Shown: positions 42,361 to 52,395, counted from the stretch's first letter. The stretch: DNA of 64,000 nt from an uncultured bacterium (GCA_965660855.1 CBFIBM010000001.1:192001-256000), one strand, 5' to 3'. Notes: generated from the sequence alone by a model not told the origin. A program made the numbers and translations.

Positions 42361-43821
42361 ATGGGTTATTTATCAAAAATAAAATTTTCTAGTCAAAATT
42401 GGAATAATATAAAAGAAAAACTTATTTTTTCTGGTATATATGAAGATGGTTCTTTGACACCACTTAGCGAAAAAATAGATGTTGAATGTAAAAATATAAT
42501 TTCTATTCCATTAAAAAGTGGAAACATCAAAGGTTCTTTTGGAAAACATTATTCTTTTTACGTTGATGAAAAATTAGTTGTTTTAATTGGACTAGGTAAT
42601 AAAAAAGATTTTGATGTGAACAAAGTTAGAATTATCGCAGGAAAGGCTTCAAGATTATCTATAAAAGAAAAATTTGATTCCTTTGCGATAGAGTGCTTTA
42701 TTCCTGAAAATTTATCTTGTCAGTCCTTTGGAGAAGGGCTTGTACTTGGAAGTTATCAATATAAGGAACATAAATTAAATAAAGAGGATTATTTAAATAT
42801 AAAAACAGCTACAATTCTGGGCCCTGTTAAAACAAGTATTCAGAAAGGGTTCAATATTGCACAAGCTATTTGTTTATCCAGAGATTTAGGTAACCATCCT
42901 GCCAATGTAGCCACACCGTCAAGATTGGAAGCTGAAGCAAAAGAAATTTCTAAAAATGAAAATTTTAGCATAAAAGTATTTGAGAGAGAAGATTTTACAG
43001 AAATGGGTATGGGAGGACTTGCTGGAGTTGCACAAGGCACAGATGAACCACCTAAGTTTATCATTGTTGAATACTTTAATGGAAAGCCACATGAAAAGCC
43101 AAAAATAATTGTAGGGAAGGGATTAACATTTGATGCTGGTGGTATATCTATAAAACCGGCAAACAAAATGGATGAAATGAAGTATGATATGTGCGGTTCG
43201 GCTGTTGTTCTGGGAGTATTAAAAGCCATTTCTTTACTTAAACCTAATATCAATGTAGTTGGTATTATTCCATCTACGGAAAATTTGGTTGGAGCAAAAG
43301 CATATAAACCTGGAGACGTTTTAAAGGCTTATAATGGCAAGACAATAGAAGTCTTAAATACTGATGCAGAAGGAAGAATAATTCTTTCAGATGCATTATC
43401 TTACGCTTCAAAGCATTATGAACCTGAGTATATTATTGATTTTGCTACTCTTACAGGAGCTGTTCTTGTTGCCTTGGGACATATAGCTACAGGTATTCTT
43501 GGCACTGATAATATACTTATTGAAGCGGTTAAAAAATCATCAGTGGCCACAGGTGAAAAGGTCTGGGAACTTCCATTATGGCCTGAATTCTGTGAGCAAG
43601 TAAAAAGTGATATTGCTGACGTTAAAAATATGGGCTTACCAGGACAAGCCGGTACTATAGCTGGAGCTGCATTTTTAAAAGAATTTGTTGGAAAAGATAT
43701 TCCATGGGTGCATTTTGATATTGCTGGTACAGCGTGGGGAGTGAAACCGGATAGTCTAAACCCAAAAGGCAGTGCAACAGGTTGGGGGGTACGTCTAGTA
43801 TTGGATTTAATGAAAGTATAA
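42361..43821 (+). CDS. pepA: Leucyl aminopeptidase (M17)
   Basis: VGKGLTFDAGG, MKYDMCG, NTDAEGR, DFATLTGA and HFDIAG. Confidence 0.96.
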   Translation: MGYLSKIKFSSQNWNNIKEKLIFSGIYEDGSLTPLSEKIDVECKNIISIPLKSGNIKGSFGKHYSFYVDEKLVVLIGLGNKKDFDVNKVRIIAGKASRLSIKEKFDSFAIECFIPENLSCQSFGEGLVLGSYQYKEHKLNKEDYLNIKTATILGPVKTSIQKGFNIAQAICLSRDLGNHPANVATPSRLEAEAKEISKNENFSIKVFEREDFTEMGMGGLAGVAQGTDEPPKFIIVEYFNGKPHEKPKIIVGKGLTFDAGGISIKPANKMDEMKYDMCGSAVVLGVLKAISLLKPNINVVGIIPSTENLVGAKAYKPGDVLKAYNGKTIEVLNTDAEGRIILSDALSYASKHYEPEYIIDFATLTGAVLVALGHIATGILGTDNILIEAVKKSSVATGEKVWELPLWPEFCEQVKSDIADVKNMGLPGQAGTIAGAAFLKEFVGKDIPWVHFDIAGTAWGVKPDSLNPKGSATGWGVRLVLDLMKV

Positions 43822-43832
43822 ATAAATAATTC

Positions 43833-43994
43833 TTAAATTTTTTTCCCATTAACTTTAAACCATATAAACACACAGGTCGTAAATAGAAAAATATAGAATA
43901 AAAGAAAGTTTTTAGTAAGTGTTCCATTAAAAAATTTAAATAATACCAAAGTGATTAGACTGAGCTCTGCAAATAATAGTTGCTTTTTCAGCAA
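43833..43994 (-). CDS. Possible small two-TM protein (53 aa), not in the ORF track
   Basis: TTG start 1 nt after the upstream stop; reads MLKKQLLFAELSLITLVLFKFF...FYIFLFTTCVFIWFKVNGKKI. Confidence 0.4.
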   Translation of the reverse strand: MLKKQLLFAELSLITLVLFKFFNGTLTKNFLLFYIFLFTTCVFIWFKVNGKKI

Positions 43995-43995
43995 T

Positions 43996-44103
43996 TTAGT
44001 CCGTAAATAATTTAAGCAAGACCATACCCAGTAATATCATTATAGCTAAGTTTATGATCAATCCTACCCAATTAATGATTTTATCTTTATTTTTTTTGTT
44101 CAT
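43996..44103 (-). CDS. Small single-TM protein (35 aa), not in the ORF track
   Basis: MNKKNKDKIINWVGLIINLAIMILLGMVLLKLFTD; ATGA overlap with the glycosyltransferase stop. Confidence 0.55.
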   Translation of the reverse strand: MNKKNKDKIINWVGLIINLAIMILLGMVLLKLFTD

Positions 44104-45203
44104 TTAATAGATATATTTCTAAATACTTTATCATACGCAGACACTATTTTTGGCCATTTAAATTCTTTCGCAATATGGCGAAGATTCATTTTAACTAACA
44201 TTTTGTGATTTTTCATTGCAAAAATAATTTTATTATAAAGATCATCTTCATTTTCGTAGAGATTATTCTTGTGAAATTTTTTTGGTATCAGTTCAGGATA
44301 AGTAAGATTTTTTGGTAAAATAGGCCAGGTTTTACAGTAAATCGCTTCCATTACACTTATACCAAAAAATTCTTGTTTGGATGTAACTGGAATTATATCT
44401 GCTTTCCAGAGGTGTTTTGCATATTGATCTAGAGATTCTAAATATCCCCAATGAATAATTTCATTCTTAAAAATAATTTTAGCTTTTTTAAAAATTTCAG
44501 GCTCAATTGAAAACTTTTTCCCTAAAACTATTAAATTAAATTTAAATCCATCTTGTTTAACTTTTTTTAATATCTTAAAAAATCTTTCAGGGTTTTTATC
44601 ATATTCCCATCTATGATTCCATAATATTGTAGGGATTTGGTTGCTAGATTTTTTTTGGATGTCTAGGATTTCTAGGTCTAATCCAATATGTAAAACTCTT
44701 GATTTTTTCCGTAAAATTTGGATTGAATTAGTTTCATTATGATCTGGAAAGTTTTTTAGAAATGGTTTTAAATCTTTATAAAAACTTTCCATATGAAATT
44801 TTGAGTTAAAAAAAATATTGTCTGCAGCCATAGCAGAAGAAAAATTAATAAAACCATAGTGAGAATCTCTATTTTTCTTTACATCACGATCGTTAGGAGA
44901 CCAAGGGTATGAAATTTGATTTTCATGAAAATAAATAGAGGTAGGAGTATGACTGGTTTTCTTCCTCGTTAGTGCAAGGAATGTCGTTAAGTCAAGCATG
45001 TCTGAGACAATAATTATATCAATGCTCCAATTTAAGTTATTAAACCTTCTTGCAAGAGTTATCGCACCACCATGCATTCTCCATTTCCAAAATTGACCTT
45101 TAAGAGAAAGAATTTTTATTTTATGATTGCTATATTTTTTATAACCATTAATCCATTGTTTATGGGACCCAGTGTAGTATGGCTCAATTATTAAGATATT
45201 CAT
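44100..45203 (-). CDS. DUF3524 / GTDC1 (QTMAN, tRNA-queuosine alpha-mannosyltransferase)-like GT-B glycosyltransferase
   Basis: ILIIEPYYTGSHKQ, WKWR, YFHENQISYP, FNSKFHMESF, WNHRWEYDKNPE, HWGY, QEFFGISVMEA and YPE motifs. Confidence 0.88.
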   Translation of the reverse strand: MNILIIEPYYTGSHKQWINGYKKYSNHKIKILSLKGQFWKWRMHGGAITLARRFNNLNWSIDIIIVSDMLDLTTFLALTRKKTSHTPTSIYFHENQISYPWSPNDRDVKKNRDSHYGFINFSSAMAADNIFFNSKFHMESFYKDLKPFLKNFPDHNETNSIQILRKKSRVLHIGLDLEILDIQKKSSNQIPTILWNHRWEYDKNPERFFKILKKVKQDGFKFNLIVLGKKFSIEPEIFKKAKIIFKNEIIHWGYLESLDQYAKHLWKADIIPVTSKQEFFGISVMEAIYCKTWPILPKNLTYPELIPKKFHKNNLYENEDDLYNKIIFAMKNHKMLVKMNLRHIAKEFKWPKIVSAYDKVFRNISIK

Positions 45204-45328
45204 GATAATATTTTATAAATTTAAAAATAATCGTATGAATTTTTTAAAAACTTATTCGGGCATGATTAATTACGGAATAATCTTGGTATACGATCTAGCA
45301 TTCTTGTATTTTTAGGTTATATATTTAA

Positions 45329-45775
45329 ATGAAAAATACTGTCATTGCTAACAATAAGAAAGCATTCCATGAATATCATATCCTTGAAATTTTTGAGGCT
45401 GGAATTCAGCTCAAAGGAAGTGAGGTTAAAAGTATTCGAGAGGGGAAGGCAAGTCTAAAAGAATCATATGTCTTAATAAGAAAAGGTGAAGCGTGGTTAA
45501 GAGGTGCCCATATTTCAAGTTATAGTCATACCGGTTTTGAAGGGCATAAATCAGTTAGAAATAGGAAACTATTACTTCATAAAAAAGAAATTATAAAAAT
45601 CAATTCTAAATTAGCAGAGAAAGGTCTTACTGCAGTTCCAATAAAATTGTATTTAAAAAATGGACTTGTAAAGCTTGAATTTGGATTAGCAAAAGGGAAA
45701 AAACTTTTTGATAAACGTGAAACCAAAAAGAAAAGAGATATAGAAAGAGATATTCAAAGGGCATTGAAACAATAA
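45329..45775 (+). CDS. smpB: SsrA-binding protein
   Basis: NKKAFHEY, EAGIQLKGSEVKSIR, RKLLLHKKEI and GKKLFDKRE. Confidence 0.98.
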   Translation: MKNTVIANNKKAFHEYHILEIFEAGIQLKGSEVKSIREGKASLKESYVLIRKGEAWLRGAHISSYSHTGFEGHKSVRNRKLLLHKKEIIKINSKLAEKGLTAVPIKLYLKNGLVKLEFGLAKGKKLFDKRETKKKRDIERDIQRALKQ

Positions 45776-46983
45776 TGGAATTTTTACCAGTAAAGGAACA
45801 ACTAAAACTTATAAAAAGAGGGGTTGAAGAAATCCTACCCGAAGATAACCTAGTTAAAAAACTAGAAGAATCTTATAAAAATAAAAAACCTTTAATTATC
45901 AAACTAGGATGCGATCCCAGCAGGCCAGATTTACATATTGGTCATGGTGTTGTTTTGCGAAAACTAAGGCATTTTCAAGATCTAGGGCATCAAGCTGTAT
46001 TAGTGATAGGTGATTTTACGGCAATGATAGGCGATCCGTCTGGAAGAAATAAGACAAGACCTCAATTAACATTAGATGAAGCTAAAGAAAACGCTAAAAG
46101 TTATGTTGACCAATCTAAAGTAATTCTTGACATAGAAAAAGTTAAGATTGTATATAACTCTAATTGGTTAAATAAAATGAATTTTAATGATGTAGTTAAA
46201 CTTGCAAGTTCTTACACTGTTGCAAGAATGCTTGAAAGAGATGACTTTACAAAAAGGTTTAAAGAGGAAATTCCGATCTCAATACATGAATTTCTATATC
46301 CTCTTGCCCAAGGGACAGATTCTGTAGTATTAAAATCAGATGTTGAATTAGGTGGAACAGATCAAAAATTTAATTTATTAGTTGGAAGAGACCTGCAAAA
46401 GGTAAATGGTCAATCACCTCAATGTATAATTACAACACCACTTCTTGAAGGAACTGATGGAACTGAAAAGATGTCAAAATCATATGGAAATGATATAGGA
46501 CTACTTGATAAACCTGAGGATATGTTTGGAAAAACACTATCTATTTCAGATAATATGATACTAAAATGGTTTGTTTTAGCTGCTGATGCTAATTCAGAAA
46601 CTTTAAAAAATGCAAAAAAATACCTAGAAGATAAATCTAAAAACCCTATGGTGATTAAAAGAAAATTGGCTAGGAAACTTGTAACTCTATTTTATAATGA
46701 AAATAAAGCAAAAAAAGCTGAAGCACACTTTGATAATGTTGTTGTTGGAAAAGGTATTCCAAAGGATATTCAAGAACTTCAAATTGAGACTGAAGAAATG
46801 CTTGTTAATGTAATTTTTAAGGCAGGATTATTGAAAAGTAAAGGTGAAGTAAGGCGAATGATTAAACAAAACGCTGTTAAAATTAATAATGAGTTAATTA
46901 CAAATATCAATGAGACAGTAATGCCTAGAAAGGAATATATTATAAAAGTTGGCAAAAGAAGGTTTTTAAGGATTACCGGTTGA
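45775..46983 (+). CDS. tyrS: Tyrosine--tRNA ligase
   Basis: HIGH, GDPSGR, GGTDQKFN, KMSKS and a C-terminal S4 domain (VGKRRF). Confidence 0.98.
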   Translation: MEFLPVKEQLKLIKRGVEEILPEDNLVKKLEESYKNKKPLIIKLGCDPSRPDLHIGHGVVLRKLRHFQDLGHQAVLVIGDFTAMIGDPSGRNKTRPQLTLDEAKENAKSYVDQSKVILDIEKVKIVYNSNWLNKMNFNDVVKLASSYTVARMLERDDFTKRFKEEIPISIHEFLYPLAQGTDSVVLKSDVELGGTDQKFNLLVGRDLQKVNGQSPQCIITTPLLEGTDGTEKMSKSYGNDIGLLDKPEDMFGKTLSISDNMILKWFVLAADANSETLKNAKKYLEDKSKNPMVIKRKLARKLVTLFYNENKAKKAEAHFDNVVVGKGIPKDIQELQIETEEMLVNVIFKAGLLKSKGEVRRMIKQNAVKINNELITNINETVMPRKEYIIKVGKRRFLRITG

Positions 46984-48590
46984 TTAAATATTTTTCAATT
47001 TTACTTTTTTCTTTTCTTATATCTTATTGCTCTGATCGTAAAGAAAACTCTCCTAAACTTGTAATTACAATTGTTGTTGATCAAATGAGACCTGATCTTC
47101 TTTCAAGATTTGAAAATATATATGATGGTGGATTTAAATGGCTTATTAATCATGGTAAATGGTATACAAACACACATCATGAGCACAGTTATACTGCAAC
47201 TGGTCCAGGGCATAGTGCAATCGGTTTTGGCCAGTACCCAGGTAAAATAGGAGTTCTTGGTAATAGTTTTTACGATAGAAAATTAAAGAAAAAAGTTAAT
47301 TGTGTTGAGGATCCTGATGCTAGAATTATTGGAGCTGAACAAGGATTAGCTAGGTCTTTTTCAAGGTATAATACTTTCGGACTTGGTGATTGGGTTCAAG
47401 ATAAATTTCCAGGTTCTAAGGTCATATCAATAGGCGGAAAAGATAGAGCTGCGTGTATTCTAGGGGGGAAAAACCCGACATTACCATTATATTACAATAA
47501 GGCAGGTCGGTTCATAACATCTAGCTATTATATGGATTCTTTACCTAAATGGGTTAAAAATTTTAATGATAGTTTAAACTTACACAAATATAAAGATTCC
47601 ACTTGGTCAAAATCACTTGAGGAAAATTTATATATTAATTATTCAAGAAAAGATTTTTTTTATGGCGAAAGTGATAACTTTCAAAGTAAACTATATTCAC
47701 CTGTTTTCCCAATTGGTCTAGATACTAATGATGATGTAACGTCTTCTATAATGGGTTTTCCTTGGTTTGAAAGGGAATTAATAGGCTTGGCTGAAAAGGC
47801 GATTATACATGAAAAATTAGGTCAAAAAGGCAAACCCGATTTATTATTTGTCGGACTTTCTGCAATGGACTGGATTATACATGATTACGGACCTTTTTCT
47901 CAAGAGGTTATGGATGCTTTTATAAAAGTTGATCAATACTTAATGAATTTTATAGATAATGTTGATTCGTTAGTAGGACTTGAAAATGTTTTATTTGTAT
48001 TGACTGCTGATCATGGTGGACTACCACTACCAGAATATCTGATCGAAAATGGAGGTGATGGAGGTAGAATTAATGGAGATCACTTAAAAGAGGCTTTAGA
48101 ATGGATTGATCATGAATCTGAAGAACTATACGGAAAAAATTTATATAATCGGAGTGGTTCAGATTTTTATTTGAATTATAAAAATGTCAAAAATAATAAT
48201 GTAGATACCTCTGACCTATTTAAGATAATTGAAAAATATTTATTGAAAGTTGATGGAATAGGTAGAGTTATCAGTAAGTACAATATTTTGAAAAATCAAA
48301 ATAATGACGATAAAATTGATAATAGAATAAAAAATATGATTCACCCTGAAAATAGTCCTGATTTTTTTGTAATTTTAAAAAGAGGTTATCTTTATAGATC
48401 TCCATATGGAACATCCCATGGCACACCATACGATTATGATACACATGTACCATTAATTTTTTCACAAATACAATTTAAAAAAGAAATAAATGATTCTAAG
48501 AGAGAGACCGTAGATATAGCGCCATCAATCGCTAATTACCTTGGTGTAGATATTCCAAGTTACTGTGATGGGAAACCAATAAAATTATAA
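46980..48590 (+). CDS. Alkaline phosphatase superfamily protein (PafA-like), probable lipoprotein
   Basis: VVDQMR, TATGPGH (Thr nucleophile), KDRA, LTADHGG and HGTPYDYDTHVP. Confidence 0.92.
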   Translation: MIKYFSILLFSFLISYCSDRKENSPKLVITIVVDQMRPDLLSRFENIYDGGFKWLINHGKWYTNTHHEHSYTATGPGHSAIGFGQYPGKIGVLGNSFYDRKLKKKVNCVEDPDARIIGAEQGLARSFSRYNTFGLGDWVQDKFPGSKVISIGGKDRAACILGGKNPTLPLYYNKAGRFITSSYYMDSLPKWVKNFNDSLNLHKYKDSTWSKSLEENLYINYSRKDFFYGESDNFQSKLYSPVFPIGLDTNDDVTSSIMGFPWFERELIGLAEKAIIHEKLGQKGKPDLLFVGLSAMDWIIHDYGPFSQEVMDAFIKVDQYLMNFIDNVDSLVGLENVLFVLTADHGGLPLPEYLIENGGDGGRINGDHLKEALEWIDHESEELYGKNLYNRSGSDFYLNYKNVKNNNVDTSDLFKIIEKYLLKVDGIGRVISKYNILKNQNNDDKIDNRIKNMIHPENSPDFFVILKRGYLYRSPYGTSHGTPYDYDTHVPLIFSQIQFKKEINDSKRETVDIAPSIANYLGVDIPSYCDGKPIKL

Positions 48591-48593
48591 TTT

Positions 48594-49481
48594 ATGTTAT
48601 CACTGAAAAATTTAAATAAACAGTATGAAAATGTAAGCGCTGTAAAAAATATCTCTTTTGAAGTGAATAAAGGAGAAATATACGGCTTTTTAGGACCAAA
48701 TGGCGCTGGAAAGACTACAACCATAAGAATGATAATGGGAATCATTCATCCTGACTCAGGTTCCATTGAACTTGATGGGGAAAACATTAATTTAAATAGA
48801 AGAAAAAAATTAGGATACCTTCCAGAAGATAGAGGTCTGTATCAAAAACAAAAATTAGCAGAAACAATTAATTATTTTGGCCTATTAAAAGGTCTCGAAC
48901 TAAGTATTTCAAAAATGAATACTAATTTATGGTTGAAAAGGTTTAATCTTTTAGAGCAAAGTGAAAGAAAAATTGAAGAGCTTTCAAAAGGTAATCAACA
49001 GAAAATTCAATTTATTCTTGCTCTTTTACATAATCCAGATCTTCTAATCTTAGATGAACCTTTTACAGGCCTTGACCCTTTAAATCAATTGCTTCTTAAA
49101 GAGATTATTGAAGAGAAGGCTAATGAAGGGAAAACGATCGTTTTTTCTACACATCAAATGGAGCAAGTAGAACGCTTATGTTCTAATATTTGTTTAATTA
49201 ATAATGGAGAGATTCTTATTGAAGGAGATCTTAAAAAAATCAGAAATTCAAAAAAAACAAATTTAGTTGAAGTTGTTTTTTCTGGTAACTTAAAAGGCTT
49301 TAATTTGGGTAACTATTTAAATGACTATGAAATTAGAGAAAATAAAATTTCAGGGTTACTTAGAGTTGACTCAAAAGAGTTCATAAGCTCCATAAATGAT
49401 TATATTGAGATTACTTCCTTTAAATTAAAGCTACCTACTTTAGAACAAATTTTCATTCAGGAAGTCAGGCCTTCATTATGA
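48594..49481 (+). CDS. ABC-2 type ATP-binding protein
   Basis: GPNGAGKTT, LPEDRGLY, LSKGNQQK, LDEPF and STHQM. Confidence 0.95.
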   Translation: MLSLKNLNKQYENVSAVKNISFEVNKGEIYGFLGPNGAGKTTTIRMIMGIIHPDSGSIELDGENINLNRRKKLGYLPEDRGLYQKQKLAETINYFGLLKGLELSISKMNTNLWLKRFNLLEQSERKIEELSKGNQQKIQFILALLHNPDLLILDEPFTGLDPLNQLLLKEIIEEKANEGKTIVFSTHQMEQVERLCSNICLINNGEILIEGDLKKIRNSKKTNLVEVVFSGNLKGFNLGNYLNDYEIRENKISGLLRVDSKEFISSINDYIEITSFKLKLPTLEQIFIQEVRPSL

Positions 49482-50704
49482 ATCAAGTATGGAAAATTGT
49501 AAAATGGGAATTCACCAATAGGATAAAAACTAAATTATTTATTATTACTACTTTTGTTTTACCCATTTTCATGTATGGTATTATGTATTTACCATCAATA
49601 TTAATGGACTTAGAACCTGAAGAAGAGAGAACAATAGGTCTTATTTTTTCTGAAAACAATAAACCTCTTATTGAAAGGTTTAAGAATCAAGCACTATCAA
49701 CATTCAGGACACAAAATGGAGATTCACAATATAAATTTATTAGATTTTCCAGTAATGATGTTGCTTTAGAAAGTATTTTATCAAAAACTATTGAAGGTTT
49801 TATTTTTATACCAGAAAACATATTGGGCTCTGAAGAAATTCGATATTACAGTAAATCATTAAGTGATATAAAAATATATTCGAATCTAAGAAGTGTGCTA
49901 AACAAGGTTGTTATTGAGCAAAGAATGATCAACCAAGAGATTGATGTGTCGATAGTTAGTCAATTGAGTGAAAGAATACAATTTAATACATATGAAATTA
50001 ATGATTTTGGTGAAGCTGCAGAAAGTGATGGTTTTTCAAGCTTTGTTATTCCGTATTTGTTCCTAATGATATTGTTTATGACTGTTTTTATGAGTGGACA
50101 ACTTTTATTGCGATCAGTAATGGAAGAGAGAACCAGTAGGACTATTGAAATACTATTATCATCGGTTACTCCTAAGGAACTTATGAGTGGTAAAATATTA
50201 GGTCTTGGAGCATTAGGTTTAGCTCAAATAATTTTCTACCTTATTGCCGCTTTAAGTATTACTTATTATAAAAATTTAGCAGTTATAGAGCTAAGCCAGA
50301 TTCCATTTTTTTTAATCTATTTTATATCAGGTTATTTATTTTATGCATCAATATTTGCAGCAATGGGAACATTTTTTTCTTCAGAACAAGAGGCTCAGCA
50401 GTCAAGTGGTATAATAAGTTTGATTGCTATAATACCCATTGCTTTTGCATCCTATTTTATAACAAACCCAAGTTCCTCTTTTACAATTGGAACAACATAT
50501 TTTCCGCCGCTTACTCCTTTTATGATGATAATAAGATTAGGTACAGATACTGTGGGTATAGGTGAAATTTTTTATACAACCATTTTAATGATCATTTCAT
50601 GTTGGATAATGTTAATAGTTTCTGGAAGAGTTTTTCAAACAGCAATTTTGCTTTATGGTAAAAAAGTAACATTGAAAGAAGTAATAAAGTGGATTAGAAT
50701 TTGA
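49478..50704 (+). CDS. ABC-2 type permease (NatB/YhaP-like)
   Basis: EERTSRTIEILLSSV, GKILG and multiple TM segments. Confidence 0.9.
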   Translation: MNQVWKIVKWEFTNRIKTKLFIITTFVLPIFMYGIMYLPSILMDLEPEEERTIGLIFSENNKPLIERFKNQALSTFRTQNGDSQYKFIRFSSNDVALESILSKTIEGFIFIPENILGSEEIRYYSKSLSDIKIYSNLRSVLNKVVIEQRMINQEIDVSIVSQLSERIQFNTYEINDFGEAAESDGFSSFVIPYLFLMILFMTVFMSGQLLLRSVMEERTSRTIEILLSSVTPKELMSGKILGLGALGLAQIIFYLIAALSITYYKNLAVIELSQIPFFLIYFISGYLFYASIFAAMGTFFSSEQEAQQSSGIISLIAIIPIAFASYFITNPSSSFTIGTTYFPPLTPFMMIIRLGTDTVGIGEIFYTTILMIISCWIMLIVSGRVFQTAILLYGKKVTLKEVIKWIRI

Positions 50705-50744
50705 AACTTTTAATTATAATAAATAGCAAACTAAAATAAAATAA

Positions 50745-51779
50745 ATGACAGGATTAATTTTATATTTTCTCATTGCTTTAGTGGTTTCTTTTTTATGTTC
50801 TTTACTTGAAGCTGTTCTTCTAAGTATATCAATAGCTCAGGTATCTGTTATGGAGAAAGAAGGACATAAATCAGGGCTGTTTATGGTCGAATTAAAAAAT
50901 AACATTAATCGTCCATTAGCTGCAATCCTTACAATCAACACCATAGCCAATACTATTGGTGCAGTAGGTGTTGGAGCAAAGACTCAACTTATTTACGGAA
51001 ATGAATGGGTTACAATAGCTTCAGGTGCACTAACATTTTCAATATTAATTTTTTCTGAAATTATTCCTAAAACTGTTGGATCTGTTTATAATAAATCCCT
51101 TGCCGGCTTTGCTGCAGTTTCTATCAAAGTTTTAATGGTAATTGCTTGGCCTTTTGTAATTTTATCAGAAACTATTTCTAAATATATTCATAACGGTGAA
51201 AATAATACTACCTCCAAAGCCTCTAGAGAGGAACTTCTTGCATTGGCAGAGATTAGTGAAGATGAAGGGTCGATTGATGAACAAGAGGGAGATATAATTG
51301 AAAACCTTATGAAGCTCGATGATATGAAGGTAGAAGAAATTATGACTCCTCGCTCTGTAATGTTTTCTCTACAAGAAGAAGAAACAGTTGGAAGTGTTAT
51401 TGAAAAACACTCACCGATAGCATTTTCCAGAATACCAGTTTATCGTAAAGATTTTGATGATATTACAGGTATTGTAAATAGGTATACATTAGTTGATAAA
51501 CAAGCTCAAGATGAGTATCAAGTTAAAATGAATCATATGATGAAAAGTATTTTATCTATTGATGAGACAACTTCTGTTTCAGATGCGCTAGATATGTTTG
51601 TTAAAAGGAGGCAACAGATGTTTATCGTTAAAGATGAATTTGGTACAACGACTGGTCTCATTACTTTAGAGGATGCAATTGAAACTTTATTAGGAGTGGA
51701 AATTGTCGATGAACATGATAATGTAGTTGATATGAGAAAGTTCGCAAAAGCAAAACTAAAACAAAAAAATAAAACCTGA
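50745..51779 (+). CDS. CNNM/CorB-like membrane protein with CBS pair
   Basis: SFLCSLLEA, ILTINT, SEIIPKT, IMTPR, FSRIPVY and LEDAIE..LG.EIVDE. Confidence 0.92.
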   Translation: MTGLILYFLIALVVSFLCSLLEAVLLSISIAQVSVMEKEGHKSGLFMVELKNNINRPLAAILTINTIANTIGAVGVGAKTQLIYGNEWVTIASGALTFSILIFSEIIPKTVGSVYNKSLAGFAAVSIKVLMVIAWPFVILSETISKYIHNGENNTTSKASREELLALAEISEDEGSIDEQEGDIIENLMKLDDMKVEEIMTPRSVMFSLQEEETVGSVIEKHSPIAFSRIPVYRKDFDDITGIVNRYTLVDKQAQDEYQVKMNHMMKSILSIDETTSVSDALDMFVKRRQQMFIVKDEFGTTTGLITLEDAIETLLGVEIVDEHDNVVDMRKFAKAKLKQKNKT

Positions 51780-51850
51780 TAATATTGTATTGAGTTTACG
51801 TCGTTTGATCAATAAATTTGCCGGCTAATCTTTGGGAGAATTAAAATAAA

Positions 51851-52201
51851 ATGGCAAAAAAACAAAAAAGTTTTGCAGATAAAGCATCTGGAAATAAAAA
51901 TGCAGATTCGGTTTACGTAAAGTATGTTAAAAGTGTCAAGTCTGAAAAAAGTGGGCAATGGAGGTTCAATGAGCAAATAGTTCGGACCTCAAAAGGTGAA
52001 CAATTGGATGCAGCATTGAAAAGAATGGATGAGGTGGCTAATCTAATAGATATAGATTTAAGTCAATTCTCTGGAAATGAAGCACCGAAAGAAGAAACTC
52101 AGAAAGAAGAAACTCCGAAAGAAGAAACTCCGAAAGAAGTAGCACCGAAAGAAGAAGCACCAAAAGAAGAAACTCCGAAAGAAGAAGCACCGAAAGATTA
52201 A
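51851..52201 (+). CDS. DUF4295 / ribosomal protein bL38-like protein with acidic repeat tail
   Basis: MAKK start and VKYVKSVKSEKSGQWRFNEQIV, resembling the DUF4295 pattern; tail of (EE[T/A]PK)n. Confidence 0.6.
   Translation: MAKKQKSFADKASGNKNADSVYVKYVKSVKSEKSGQWRFNEQIVRTSKGEQLDAALKRMDEVANLIDIDLSQFSGNEAPKEETQKEETPKEETPKEVAPKEEAPKEETPKEEAPKD
52076..52198 (+). repeat. About eight imperfect 15-bp in-frame repeats (GAAGAA[ACT/GCA]CCGAAA) encoding EE[T/A]PK
   Basis: Read directly at the 3' end of 51851..52201. Confidence 0.9.
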
Positions 52202-52242
52202 ACGATTTTATTTTATAAAAATTGAAGTTTTAATTCTACTTT

Positions 52243-52330
52243 GGAGAGGTGGCCGAGTGGCTGAAGGCGCACGCTTGGAAAGCGTGTTTACGTTAATAGC
52301 GTAACGTGGGTTCGAATCCCACTCTCTCCG
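52243..52330 (+). tRNA. tRNA-Ser(GGA); CCA not encoded
   Basis: Acceptor GGAGAGG/TCTCTCC, anticodon arm CACGC-TTGGAAA-GCGTG, long variable arm, T arm GTGGG-TTCGAAT-CCCAC and discriminator G. Confidence 0.97.
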
Positions 52331-52395
52331 CAATCTCAATTTTATTTATTAAAAAACCCTGTTAATAAAATTAGATTTTAAATATTTTACTTCTG

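Noticed and set aside
43655..43927. 90-aa minus-strand ORF from the track
   Set aside because: It overlaps the pepA 3' end by over 160 nt. The shorter frames at 43833-43994 and 43996-44103 fit the gap better.
45283..45301. Sigma-54-like motif upstream of smpB (TTGGTATACGATCTAGCA)
   Set aside because: GG-to-GC spacing is 11 nt rather than the required 10.
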